A stretch of 60,271 nt of DNA from positions 1-60,271 of IMG/VR virus record IMGVR_UViG_3300008261_000124; one strand, 5' to 3'. Source of the DNA: a virus (lineage: Duplodnaviria; Caudoviricetes). A program made the position numbers and the translations under genes. The notes under the pieces are model-generated. The model did not search any database. It saw only the letters and a program-made list of their open reading frames with translations, and was not told where the DNA came from. Shown here one piece after another: positions 24,983 to 34,486 of this stretch. Within the stretch, counting starts at the first letter, position 1, and every line of letters starts with the position of its first letter.

Positions 24983-27326
24983 CAAAATTAGCATGAACTC
25001 TGAAGAGTTAAAATCATTATTAACATACATTCATAACAATAATAAAGTATTGTTAGAGAAGAACTTACCTGTACAGACTGTAAATGTAGAAGGTGAAGCA
25101 GGTGGTGGTAAGACTTCTACTATTCTTCAACTAGCTAATGAGTTAGGATTGGATATGATACGTAAGAACCTCGCGGAGCTTGAAGATGTGGCAGATCTTA
25201 TCGGGTTTCCGTGCAAGGAGCATGAGATGATTGGTAAAGACAACTCTGTTAGATGGGTTGTAGAAGGTACTATGCCTCAGTATATTCAAGCAGGTTATAA
25301 ACCAACCGGTGAAAAGAGAATGACACATGCTGCTCCAGATTGGGCACAGGGTAGAGTTGCTCCCGTTCTATTGTTATTAGATGATTATAGTCGTTAAATT
25401 AAATTTACTAGATTTTTATTATCTAGCACTAAAATTAGTATATTTGTAATAAATATTTATTATGAATAAACTATTTAATTCAAAATTAACAAGTTATAAA
25501 AATAAATCAGGTGTATATCTATTAAAGATAAAAGAAAATTATTATGTTGGTAGTTCTATTAATCTTATAAAGAGATTAGAAAGTCACAAAAGTAAATTAA
25601 AATTATTAAAACATGAAAATATATACATACAAAGATGTTTTAATAAGTATGGTAAAAAAGAATGTTTTTTCTCAATACTTGAATTTTGTGAACCGGATAT
25701 AAGACTGATAAAAGAACAATTTTGGATTAATACCTTAAATCCAAAACTAAATCTTAAACCAAATTGTTTAACTCAACAAAACTGTATTACTACTTCTAAA
25801 CCTGTATTTCAATATTCTCTTAATGGAGAATTTATTGCAGAATTTCCATCAGTCAGAGAAGCTGAAAGAATTCTTGGTATTTCAGGTATAGGAAATGTAG
25901 CTAGAAAAGTAAAATCTTATTTTAAATCTGTAGGAGGTTTTTTATGGGATTATGAAAAAAAAACAAATCTTAGTTATACAAATAACAGTAAGAAAGCTAA
26001 AATAAAAGCAGTTACTATGTATAATAAGGAAGGTATAAAGATTAAAAGTTTTGAATCAATAGCAGATGCAGCAAGATATATATTAAAACCAGAAGATAAT
26101 TTTGATGGTTTATGTGCATGTATATCGAGTGTAGCTAAAAATAAAGGTATTTTAGTAAAAGATAAATATAGATATTCTTATGATAATTTAGAATTTCTTA
26201 AACCTTTGGTACTTAAAAGAAATTATCCCATATTGCAATGTGATACATCAGGAAATATTATTAAAGAATGGGAATCAGCTATTATAGCTGCTGAATCTTT
26301 AAATATATCAACAGGTGCAATTAGATTAGCATTAAAAGGAAAAATAAAATTATGTAAGAATTCTATATGGAAAATCAAGATGTAGCGTCTATTAAAAAAT
26401 CCTGTGAATTGTCTGGAAAAGCATAGAAATATGCCAATCAGCAGCCAAGCTGTTTAGTAATAAACAGAAGGTTCAACGACTAGTGTATGGAATATAGTCT
26501 GAACTGCAAATATAAAAGACTAAATTGCAGAATCTAAGGATAAAGAGCCTTAGAGATAACAAAAATGGCATCAGAAAAGTTTATTCAAGCGACCATGACT
26601 CTCCTGGAAACACAATGTTATGGTAGCTGGTGTTTACCAAAAGGTTCATTAATTGTTCTTACCTCAAATCCTGATAATGGCAACTATTCTGTTAGTGCAT
26701 TGGATGGAGCTCAAAAGACTAGGGTTATTAATGTAAACTATAAGTTTGATGTTAATGTATGGGCAAGATATGCAGAGAAAACTGGTATTGATGGTCGTTG
26801 TGTAAACTTCTTGTTATTACACCCAGAGTTAATGGAAGGTGAGAATGTTAATGCTAGAACTGTAACTATGTTCTTTAATAGTTTAATGTCTATCAAGAAT
26901 TTTGCAGATGAGTTACCTCTTATTCAGCAGTTAGGTGAGGCATGTACTAATCCAGAGCTTACTACTTTGTTTACTACATTTATCAATAACAAGTTGGATA
27001 AGTTAGTTACTCCTAAAGATATGTTACTTCATGACAATGAATCTTATATTATAGGTGAACTAAACAGTTGTATTGGTAAAGATGGAAACTATCGTGCAGA
27101 TATTGCTAGTGTATTAGCAACAAGGTTGATTAACTTTACTTGTACTTATTCTGATAATAACTCAATAACTCAAAAGATTACTGACAGACTTATCAAATTC
27201 TCTACAGAAGATATATTTACTACTGACCTTAAATATATTATTGTAAAACAAATACTTAACTATAACAAGCAGAAGTTCCAAAAACTTATGCTTAATCCTG
27301 AAGTATTAAAGATGACTATGAAATAA
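24966..27326 (+). CDS. MoxR-like AAA+ ATPase, two exons 24966-25394 and 26568-27326
   Basis: Walker A GEAGGGKT; Walker B LLLDDYSR joined to ASEKFIQA; sensor LTSNP. Confidence 0.85.
25395..26567 (+). mobile_element. group I intron with a homing endonuclease gene in the P1 loop (core appears truncated)
   Basis: Exon UAGUCGU pairs with GCGUCUA at 26385-26391; P10 GAUGU/GCAUC; P, Q and P7 elements at 26400-26500; terminal G at 26567; reading frame restored. Confidence 0.85.
25462..26385 (+). CDS. GIY-YIG homing endonuclease with three NUMOD1-like repeats
   Basis: SGVY..YVGSS..RLESH; repeats KPVFQYSLNGEFIAEFPS, KAVTMYNKEG..FES, PILQCDTSG..WES; TATATTTG box at 25439-25446. Confidence 0.9.
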   Translation: MNKLFNSKLTSYKNKSGVYLLKIKENYYVGSSINLIKRLESHKSKLKLLKHENIYIQRCFNKYGKKECFFSILEFCEPDIRLIKEQFWINTLNPKLNLKPNCLTQQNCITTSKPVFQYSLNGEFIAEFPSVREAERILGISGIGNVARKVKSYFKSVGGFLWDYEKKTNLSYTNNSKKAKIKAVTMYNKEGIKIKSFESIADAARYILKPEDNFDGLCACISSVAKNKGILVKDKYRYSYDNLEFLKPLVLKRNYPILQCDTSGNIIKEWESAIIAAESLNISTGAIRLALKGKIKLCKNSIWKIKM

Positions 27327-27327
27327 T

Positions 27328-27807
27328 ATGGAAGAACAAGCAGTATATACACCACTGGTAGCTACCCCTGTTGAGGGGGAAGCTCCAGTATTAAATGAAG
27401 ATACATACAATACATTGTATGGGATGCTAAAAAGCCCAGATGAAGGTAATCATAAAATGGCACAACTTATTTTAAATAGTTGTGATATCAAAAAATCTAT
27501 TTATTGGATTTGGATGTTAGCAAGGACTGGATATGTTAGTAGAATGGTAAACTTAAGAACAAAAGCTAGTAGAGCTTTTAGAGATCATAGTAGATTATTC
27601 TATATATGCAATAAAAATGAACTAGCATTTGCTGAGTATTGTGTAAGAGAAGGTGGATTAATGACACCAGAAATCTTTAAATATTTAGAAGATGCTATTA
27701 TACGTAAAGCTAAGTTTCAGTTTAAACACACTTTCTATGATGTACAATTTAAAATAAAGGAAGAGTATAAAGATCTTCCTGCTAATGTTGAATTTATAAA
27801 TAATTAA
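27328..27807 (+). CDS. hypothetical protein with the shared YxxLxxMLxS motif
   Basis: ORF track, 159 aa. Confidence 0.75.
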   Translation: MEEQAVYTPLVATPVEGEAPVLNEDTYNTLYGMLKSPDEGNHKMAQLILNSCDIKKSIYWIWMLARTGYVSRMVNLRTKASRAFRDHSRLFYICNKNELAFAEYCVREGGLMTPEIFKYLEDAIIRKAKFQFKHTFYDVQFKIKEEYKDLPANVEFINN

Positions 27808-27811
27808 AAAG

Positions 27812-28930
27812 ATGAATTTTAAGAAAACAATTTTACTAAACGGTGGTTTTAATTCTCAAAATAATTTTATAGTAAATAAGTACTATTTATCAGAAGATGA
27901 GAATCCATTTAATATTTTTAAAGATAATTATGTTTCTACCCCAGGAAATATACTGTATATTTATCCTAATTCTACAATTCCTAGATTTAAAGTAAAAACT
28001 TTTTGTGAAAATAACAAAGTATCTTTAACAAAGAACAAAGAAAAAGCAAATGCTATTTTTGCTGACCCTTCATCACTAATAGATAATTTATTTGAAAGAA
28101 AAGGTTGGTTAAGAAAATTAAAAGTATCAAGTTTAAAACATTATCTTGATCATTATGTGCTTGTGCAAGATGTTAGATTTGATTCCATTAGACAATTTTT
28201 AAATGAAGTAGAAACTGATTTTGTATTATGTAATTATCAGTTTATGAATTCTGTTCTTGAGGGTAGGAGTGGTATTCCAAAGTATAATTTTATTAAGTAT
28301 GATGATGTTGTAGATGAGGGTAATCCTACTACTTTAAATAATCTCTGGGATTATACTTATACTTATGATCAAAATTTATTATTACCAGAAGATAATTATC
28401 AAGAATATATATATCTTGTGAATAATTTTCATAATATTTATCATCAAGATGCTTTATTAAAAATAATTAATACAGGTACCATAATTGATAAAGAGTTATA
28501 CGAAGGTCTAAACAGCATGCTTAAAAGTACAAATAAATCAGATCATGTTGTAGCAATGGAAGCTATGGCAAATGCTGATTATTTAAAGTCTGCTATATAC
28601 TTGTTATTATTATTTAAAGAGTATAATCGTGTAATGTTTGATAATCAAGCAAGATATCATGTAAACTTTAAAAGTTTGTGCAATTTCTTTAATATTAATC
28701 ATAGATCTAGAATTAGTATAGATAATATAGTAAATAAATTAAAAGAAAAAGAAGTTCTTACTACTAAGAATCTATACATGCTTTTAGATATGGTTACTGA
28801 AGAAGTACAAGATCATGGTAACACGGCCTGTTTTAAAATGACTGGAGTAGCTCCTATACCAGAACTAGTAGAAATAGCTAAGCAAACAGATGCTAGATTA
28901 GAAAAACCAGAAACAATAGAAGAACTATGA
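27812..28930 (+). CDS. hypothetical protein with the shared YxxLxxMLxS motif, possible BRCT-like N-terminal segment
   Basis: ORF track, 372 aa; BRCT call is weak. Confidence 0.75.
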   Translation: MNFKKTILLNGGFNSQNNFIVNKYYLSEDENPFNIFKDNYVSTPGNILYIYPNSTIPRFKVKTFCENNKVSLTKNKEKANAIFADPSSLIDNLFERKGWLRKLKVSSLKHYLDHYVLVQDVRFDSIRQFLNEVETDFVLCNYQFMNSVLEGRSGIPKYNFIKYDDVVDEGNPTTLNNLWDYTYTYDQNLLLPEDNYQEYIYLVNNFHNIYHQDALLKIINTGTIIDKELYEGLNSMLKSTNKSDHVVAMEAMANADYLKSAIYLLLLFKEYNRVMFDNQARYHVNFKSLCNFFNINHRSRISIDNIVNKLKEKEVLTTKNLYMLLDMVTEEVQDHGNTACFKMTGVAPIPELVEIAKQTDARLEKPETIEEL

Positions 28931-29940
28931 CAGAAACCACTAAAAAGACTCCTGCTGAATTAGAGCAGGAGTTTTATTCTAAACCCTTGTATATTAGCTA
29001 TTCAGCATTGAATAAACTATTATTTTCTCCTCAATTATATTACAAACATTATGTACTACAACAGAGAGAAGAACAGATAGATTCTTATTTAATTGATGGA
29101 AAAGTTATACATAGTTTATTATTAAATGATGGTTCATTTGATGAAAATTTTATACTTTTACCATCATCACTCCCAACAGGCAACTCAAGATTAGTGATAG
29201 ACAGAGTCTTTTCACAAGTAGACAAAACCAATCCAGGATTACTCACCGACCACTCTCAATCTATAATTAATATACTCAAAGAAATAAACCTTCATCAATC
29301 TCTAAAAACTGATGAACAAAGAGTAGCAAAAATAGTTACAGAAGAAACTATTAGTTATTATTCTTTTTTATTAGCAAAGGGAAGCAGAGACATAATTGAT
29401 TCTGAAACATTACAAAGATGCAATGAAGTTGTTGATGTGCTGAAAGCAAATAGCAAAGTTTGTGACCTTTTAGGATTATACAGATCAGAAATGGAAAACA
29501 TAGATGTAATAAATGAAACAGAGTTTCGTGCAGAAAGTAAAGATCTGAATACTCCTATTAATCTAAAAGGTATAGTTGATAGTATATTAATAAATCATGA
29601 TACTAAAACAATATATATTAATGATTTAAAAACTACCGGTAAGACAATATCTGATTTTGAAGAAACTATTCAGTTCTATAAATATTCTGTACAAGCTGCT
29701 ATTTATAACAGGCTTGTAAGATTTGAGTATAATTACATTATTGAAAAAGACTGGACAGTTAAATTTCATTTTATTGTTGTAGATAAGTATCAACAAGTTT
29801 ATTGTTTTGAAGTTTCTGATGAAACAATGGTTAAATGGGATGCTGAATTAATAACATATTTGAATGAAGCTGCTTGGCATCTTAAAAATAAAAACTTTGT
29901 ATTACCCTACAAATTTGCTACAAGCCAAATAATTTTGTAA
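28927..29940 (+). CDS. PD-(D/E)xK exonuclease (RecE/RecB-like)
   Basis: SYSAL, GKVIH, LKGIVD..INDLKTT, YSVQAAIY. Confidence 0.85.
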   Translation: MTETTKKTPAELEQEFYSKPLYISYSALNKLLFSPQLYYKHYVLQQREEQIDSYLIDGKVIHSLLLNDGSFDENFILLPSSLPTGNSRLVIDRVFSQVDKTNPGLLTDHSQSIINILKEINLHQSLKTDEQRVAKIVTEETISYYSFLLAKGSRDIIDSETLQRCNEVVDVLKANSKVCDLLGLYRSEMENIDVINETEFRAESKDLNTPINLKGIVDSILINHDTKTIYINDLKTTGKTISDFEETIQFYKYSVQAAIYNRLVRFEYNYIIEKDWTVKFHFIVVDKYQQVYCFEVSDETMVKWDAELITYLNEAAWHLKNKNFVLPYKFATSQIIL

Positions 29941-29950
29941 ATTAATTATT

Positions 29951-30520
29951 ATGGCTCAGACATTATCAATGTATAAAAATTATTTTCAAAAAAGTAGGAT
30001 CTTTATGTATCCACTTTTAGAAATTAAGAAGGGTGCAAGCGTAACCCCAATTGAAACTTATATATCTTGGGAAGGTTTTTATAAACCTCAGGATAGAAAA
30101 TTTTGTTGCCTTTATCATTTAAGAGATGATAAAGACTTTATAAATTTTGAAAAAGATAAGTTGATTAATAATAAACTTTTTCATGACTTTAAACAGACAG
30201 AAGATGGAAAAGGTATTTATGTTTTTGATTTTAATTCCTATGCTGAAGACTGGGATAATATAATTAAAGGTAAATATTCAAAACTTACTCCTATTTATAA
30301 GAGAAAAATTGAAAACTTTCATAACAAGAAAGAATCTAATTATGCTTATATAGAAAGTTTTTTATATCCTGAAAAATATTATTCTATGTATTCTGAAATG
30401 ATTGGTGTTGCAGAAAATCTATTAAAAGATGTTGGTGAGTTATGTTCATTAATGGATTTTGAAAAAGAAAATCTACATGCTAAAATTAAAAATTTGGAAT
30501 TAAAGTCTAAATTGTCTTAA
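29951..30520 (+). CDS. hypothetical protein
   Basis: ORF track, 189 aa. Confidence 0.75.
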   Translation: MAQTLSMYKNYFQKSRIFMYPLLEIKKGASVTPIETYISWEGFYKPQDRKFCCLYHLRDDKDFINFEKDKLINNKLFHDFKQTEDGKGIYVFDFNSYAEDWDNIIKGKYSKLTPIYKRKIENFHNKKESNYAYIESFLYPEKYYSMYSEMIGVAENLLKDVGELCSLMDFEKENLHAKIKNLELKSKLS

Positions 30521-30543
30521 TTTGTAACCCTTAAACCAAAACT

Positions 30544-30966
30544 ATGACAGACTACAAAACAATGATGTTGGTAACTATTCCTTGGACACCAACAGAAAAA
30601 AGTTTCAGACTAATTCCAGTATCCACAGCTTGTCCATATTTGGATGTTGTATATTGGAGAGACAAGAAAGTGTTAGAGATTAACTCTACTTTCAAGAAAC
30701 AAGAATATGCAATGTTTCCAAAAGTGGATGACAATGGTGATATTGAAATGAGAAAATCACCTAAGAAAAATGAAAATGGTCAGACAACTACTGAGAAACA
30801 AGAAAGAAGAATGACTGAGGTGCTTCAAAAGTATTATATTATTGACAAAGGTGAAATAGTAAACTTTATTAAAAGATTTGCTATTAATACTGATGAGATT
30901 GCTTTTGAGAAAATCATCAATGAAACTGATATTGTACTAGCAGAAACACCAAAAATCATAACTTAA
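30544..30966 (+). CDS. hypothetical protein
   Basis: ORF track, 140 aa. Confidence 0.75.
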   Translation: MTDYKTMMLVTIPWTPTEKSFRLIPVSTACPYLDVVYWRDKKVLEINSTFKKQEYAMFPKVDDNGDIEMRKSPKKNENGQTTTEKQERRMTEVLQKYYIIDKGEIVNFIKRFAINTDEIAFEKIINETDIVLAETPKIIT

Positions 30967-30982
30967 AAACCATGGCGTGGTT

Positions 30983-31014
30983 AAAGGGTATAGAGAGATC
31001 TATACCCTTTTTTT
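30983..31014 (+). terminator. intrinsic terminator
   Basis: AAAGGGTATAGA-GAGA-TCTATACCCTTT plus T tract. Confidence 0.8.
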
Positions 31015-31053
31015 ATCTTAGAAGGGGGAACAGCTTAACTGAACATAAATAAC

Positions 31054-31212
31054 ATGAAAAAGAACCATTATGTAATAGACTACGAGACTCTTATAGACTG
31101 TACTGTCCTTGTAGCTGAGCACTATAAAGAAAACATAATTCACACATTTGTTATAGGCCATCTTAAAAATGATATGCAGGACTTGTACATAAGAAAGCTC
31201 AAGATGTTATAA
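31054..31212 (+). CDS. DNA polymerase B N-terminal ExoI fragment (out of frame with the main ORF)
   Basis: MKKNHYVIDYETL contains the ExoI DxE motif; stop at 31212. Confidence 0.7.
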   Translation: MKKNHYVIDYETLIDCTVLVAEHYKENIIHTFVIGHLKNDMQDLYIRKLKML

Positions 31213-32339
31213 ACAGACAAGAAAATAAAGAATTCTCAGAGTTTAGTGAAAGAGATTTATCTATAAGACAGATAGATGTATTCAAGTTAAACCACTGGGA
31301 CAATCCGGCTAAAAGATCTAGTCTTAAATGGATACAATATTCTATGGATTGGCACAATATTCTTGATATGCCTATTCACCATACAACCAGTGTTACTACT
31401 CAAGAACAACTTGATACCGTGGTAACTTATTGTATTAATGATGTAAAGTCTACTAAACAAATTATGAATCTTAGCAAAGATCAAATTAATCTTAGAAAAG
31501 ATCTTACTAAAGAGTATGGTATTAATTTATTTAGTGCTTCAGAACCAAGAATATCTAAAGAGTTATTCTTAATGTTTCTAAGTCAAGAAACTGGAATAAA
31601 AAAGTACGACTTAAAAAATCTTAGAACTAGAAGAGATTATATAAAAGTATCAGATATAATACTACCTTATACTAAATTTAATCATCCAGCTTTTCAAAAT
31701 TTACTTTTAAACTTTAAAGGTTTAATAATAAATGCTAAAGATACTAAAGGAGGATTCAAATATAGTTTTAACTATAAAAATGTAAAAACTGATTTTGGTC
31801 TAGGCGGTGCTCATGGTTGTACAGCTTCTGGAGTATATGAAGCTAAAGATGGTATGATCATCATGAGTTCTGATGTCACCAGCTTTTATCCTAATCTAGC
31901 TATTAGAAACAAGTGGTCTCCTGCTCATTTACCTAAAGATATCTTTTGTGATAAGTATGAATGGTTCTTTGAGGAGAGAAAAAAATTACCCAAAAAAGAT
32001 CCTAAAAACTATGTTTATAAAATTATTCTTAATTCAACTTATGGTTTAAGTAATGATGAGAATAGCTTTCTATATGATCCAGAGTTTACCATGAGAATTA
32101 CTATCAATGGTCAATTAACTCTGATGATGCTGTATGAAATGTTATCTGAAGGTATACCAGGATCTATTCCTCTAATGCAAAATACAGACGGTGTAGAGAT
32201 GATGATACCTGAACAATACAAACAGAAGTATATGGAAATATGCTCAGAATGGGAAAAGATAACGCAGCTTAACCTAGAACATGATGAGTATAAGAAAATG
32301 GTGATTAAAGATGTTAATAACTATATAGGAATATATTAA
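31173..32339 (+). CDS. polB: family B DNA polymerase, main fragment
   Basis: Frame open from 31173; ExoIII YCINDV; motif A SSDVTSFYPN, B KIILNSTYG, C NTDG; DVNNY. Confidence 0.9.
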   Translation, partial: YAGLVHKKAQDVINRQENKEFSEFSERDLSIRQIDVFKLNHWDNPAKRSSLKWIQYSMDWHNILDMPIHHTTSVTTQEQLDTVVTYCINDVKSTKQIMNLSKDQINLRKDLTKEYGINLFSASEPRISKELFLMFLSQETGIKKYDLKNLRTRRDYIKVSDIILPYTKFNHPAFQNLLLNFKGLIINAKDTKGGFKYSFNYKNVKTDFGLGGAHGCTASGVYEAKDGMIIMSSDVTSFYPNLAIRNKWSPAHLPKDIFCDKYEWFFEERKKLPKKDPKNYVYKIILNSTYGLSNDENSFLYDPEFTMRITINGQLTLMMLYEMLSEGIPGSIPLMQNTDGVEMMIPEQYKQKYMEICSEWEKITQLNLEHDEYKKMVIKDVNNYIGIY

Positions 32340-32383
32340 TTAATGTTATTTTTATTAATAACTATATTTCATATATTTGTTAT

Positions 32384-33016
32384 ATGAAAGCTGACATAAA
32401 ACATAAAAATCTATCTGGTATTTACATGATTAGAAACCTAATAAATAATAAAGTTTATATAGGTAAATCTTTAAATATATATGCTAGAATAATTGAGCAT
32501 ACTTATAAATTAAATAAAGGATTATCTGATAGTTCTCATTTACAAAGTTCATGGTTAAAACATGGTTCAAAAAACTTTGACTATTCAATATTAGAAATAA
32601 TTAAAGATACAGATGAAATTGCTAGAAGAGAATTATTTTGGATGCATGCTTTAAAAACTTTAGATAAAAATTATGGTTATAACTTAAGATCTGATAGTGA
32701 TTCTGAAATGATAGTTCATGAATCTACAAGAAAAAAAATATCTAATAGACTTAAGAAAGAATGGGCTAAAGGTATAAGAAAAGATCACGGAAAAAAACTT
32801 TCAGCTAATTGGAAAATAAATCCAGGTAGAGTTCAATTACAATCTAAAGTAATGTCTAAAGTATTAACTAAATATGAATATGTAATAAATGGTAGAAAGC
32901 TTAATTATAAAAGATTAAAAAGATGCGGTTTAAAAAATGTTATAGCAACTTTTTATAAACAAAATAGTAATAAAGTAATTTTTAAAGGTATAGTAATAGA
33001 AAGAATAAAAACATGA
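32384..33016 (+). CDS. free-standing GIY-YIG homing endonuclease inside the polB locus
   Basis: SGIYMIRNLINNKVYIGKS..R..H, E..W, GYN; TATATTTG box at 32372-32379. Confidence 0.9.
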   Translation: MKADIKHKNLSGIYMIRNLINNKVYIGKSLNIYARIIEHTYKLNKGLSDSSHLQSSWLKHGSKNFDYSILEIIKDTDEIARRELFWMHALKTLDKNYGYNLRSDSDSEMIVHESTRKKISNRLKKEWAKGIRKDHGKKLSANWKINPGRVQLQSKVMSKVLTKYEYVINGRKLNYKRLKRCGLKNVIATFYKQNSNKVIFKGIVIERIKT

Positions 33017-33501
33017 TACAGAAAAAAGCTAAGTATAAAGGATTATTTGAGTTTGAAAACATGGCTTTACATAAAAACAAAAGTTTTTTAATCATACCTA
33101 AAGCTTTGAGTGCATACTTTATTGATAACAAATTGCCAGAACAGTTTTTACAAGAAAATAGAAATATACTAGACTATTGTGCAGGTGTAAAAATCAAAGG
33201 TGACTGGGAATTTCAACAGACTTGTGTTATTGATAGAGAAATAACAAGACAAACCTTACAGAAAACACTTAGATATTATATATCAAATAATGGTTGTAAA
33301 ATTTATAAAGTAAATAAATCTGACAAAAGAGAAATACAACTTGAATCAGGCAAGTGGATGCAAACTTTATTTAATGTATATAAAAATAAAGCTTGGGAAG
33401 ACTATAACATAGATGAGTCCTATTATTTGGACAAAATCTATAGAGAGATTAATAATATTATACCTAAAGTTAGTAAACAACTTAATCTTTTTGAACAATG
33501 A
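33013..33501 (+). CDS. family B DNA polymerase C-terminal (thumb) fragment
   Basis: KAKYKGLFE (PolB KxKG motif), LRYYIS, IDESYYLDKIYREI, clamp-binding-like QLNLF. Confidence 0.8.
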   Translation: MIQKKAKYKGLFEFENMALHKNKSFLIIPKALSAYFIDNKLPEQFLQENRNILDYCAGVKIKGDWEFQQTCVIDREITRQTLQKTLRYYISNNGCKIYKVNKSDKREIQLESGKWMQTLFNVYKNKAWEDYNIDESYYLDKIYREINNIIPKVSKQLNLFEQ

Positions 33502-33683
33502 TAAACAACATAAATGATCCCTCAAAAGAGGGGTCAAATGAACTTAATAAGGTTCCCGGTGAAGAACACAATAAAAGTAAAATCAAAATGTCTATTCAAG
33601 CTGATTTAGAAGATTTGATCAAGGAGATGGAAGAAGAAGAAAAGAATAAAGAACCATGGAGACAGAAGTATATAAAAAAATAG
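33498..33683 (+). CDS. hypothetical protein
   Basis: ORF track, 61 aa. Confidence 0.55.
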   Translation: MINNINDPSKEGSNELNKVPGEEHNKSKIKMSIQADLEDLIKEMEEEEKNKEPWRQKYIKK

Positions 33684-33686
33684 AAT

Positions 33687-34034
33687 ATGACAAGAGAAGA
33701 ATTTAATACTATAGTAGCAAGGAGGCAAGAGCTTATTAATAATGTTTTAGCTAGTAAAGGTACCGAGTACTCTGCAGGTAATCAAGATGCTTTTCACAAT
33801 TTTAAAAAAGCTATTGGTTTAAGTTTTCATAATACTCAAGAAAAAGTAGCTTGGGAATTTGCAGTAAAACACTTTCAATCAATAAAAGATATGTTGGATC
33901 ATTTATCTATAGATGGTTTTAATGGTCACCCAAAAACAGAATATGTTGAAGAAAAAATTGGTGATGCTATAAATTATCTTATATTAATAGAAGGAATGAT
34001 TAAAGAAAGAATAAAAAACTATAATAAACTTTAA
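33687..34034 (+). CDS. alpha-helical protein resembling nucleotide-modification-associated (DUF1599-like) domains
   Basis: KGTEYS..FHNF..KH..EKIGDAINYL. Confidence 0.55.
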   Translation: MTREEFNTIVARRQELINNVLASKGTEYSAGNQDAFHNFKKAIGLSFHNTQEKVAWEFAVKHFQSIKDMLDHLSIDGFNGHPKTEYVEEKIGDAINYLILIEGMIKERIKNYNKL

Positions 34035-34047
34035 AAACAAAAAAAAA

Positions 34048-34446
34048 ATGGAAAAACCTTTAAAATCTGTAGCTGCTTTTCATAAAGCTTTTTTACAACA
34101 AGATGGAGAAAAACCAAGATTAATAGATGTTGACTCTTATGATTTAAGATTCAAATTAATGAAAGAAGAAAATGAAGAATATCTTGAGGCATGTGCTGCA
34201 AATAATCTTGTAGATATAGCTGATGCATTAGGAGATCAACTATATATTCTATGTGGTACTATTTTAAAACATGGTATGCAAAATATTATTGAAGATGTAT
34301 TTGATGAAATACACAGAAGTAATATGAGTAAACTGGATGAAAATGGAAACCCTATTTTTAGAGAGGATGGTAAAATACTTAAAAGTAGTAGATACTTTAA
34401 ACCAGATCTCAGTAAAATAGTTATTGCATCCCTTGCTGATAACTAA
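34048..34446 (+). CDS. MazG-like NTP pyrophosphatase (dUTPase-like)
   Basis: EENEEY..DALGDQLY..HRSNMSK..DGKILK. Confidence 0.85.
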   Translation: MEKPLKSVAAFHKAFLQQDGEKPRLIDVDSYDLRFKLMKEENEEYLEACAANNLVDIADALGDQLYILCGTILKHGMQNIIEDVFDEIHRSNMSKLDENGNPIFREDGKILKSSRYFKPDLSKIVIASLADN

Positions 34447-34451
34447 CTAAT

Positions 34452-34486
34452 AATAGGCTACCTCAAAAGGGTAGCCTATTTTTTTT
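34452..34486. terminator. terminator at the convergence of + and - gene blocks
   Basis: AATAGGCTACC/GGTAGCCTATT plus T tract. Confidence 0.8.

Noticed and set aside
28927-29940. Cas4
   Set aside because: No four-Cys Fe-S ligand pattern; better described as a RecE/RecB-like nuclease
32340-33016. Group I intron or intein around the polB endonuclease
   Set aside because: No P/Q/R/S elements, no space for a core, separate stop and start codons, no Cys..His-Asn intein ends
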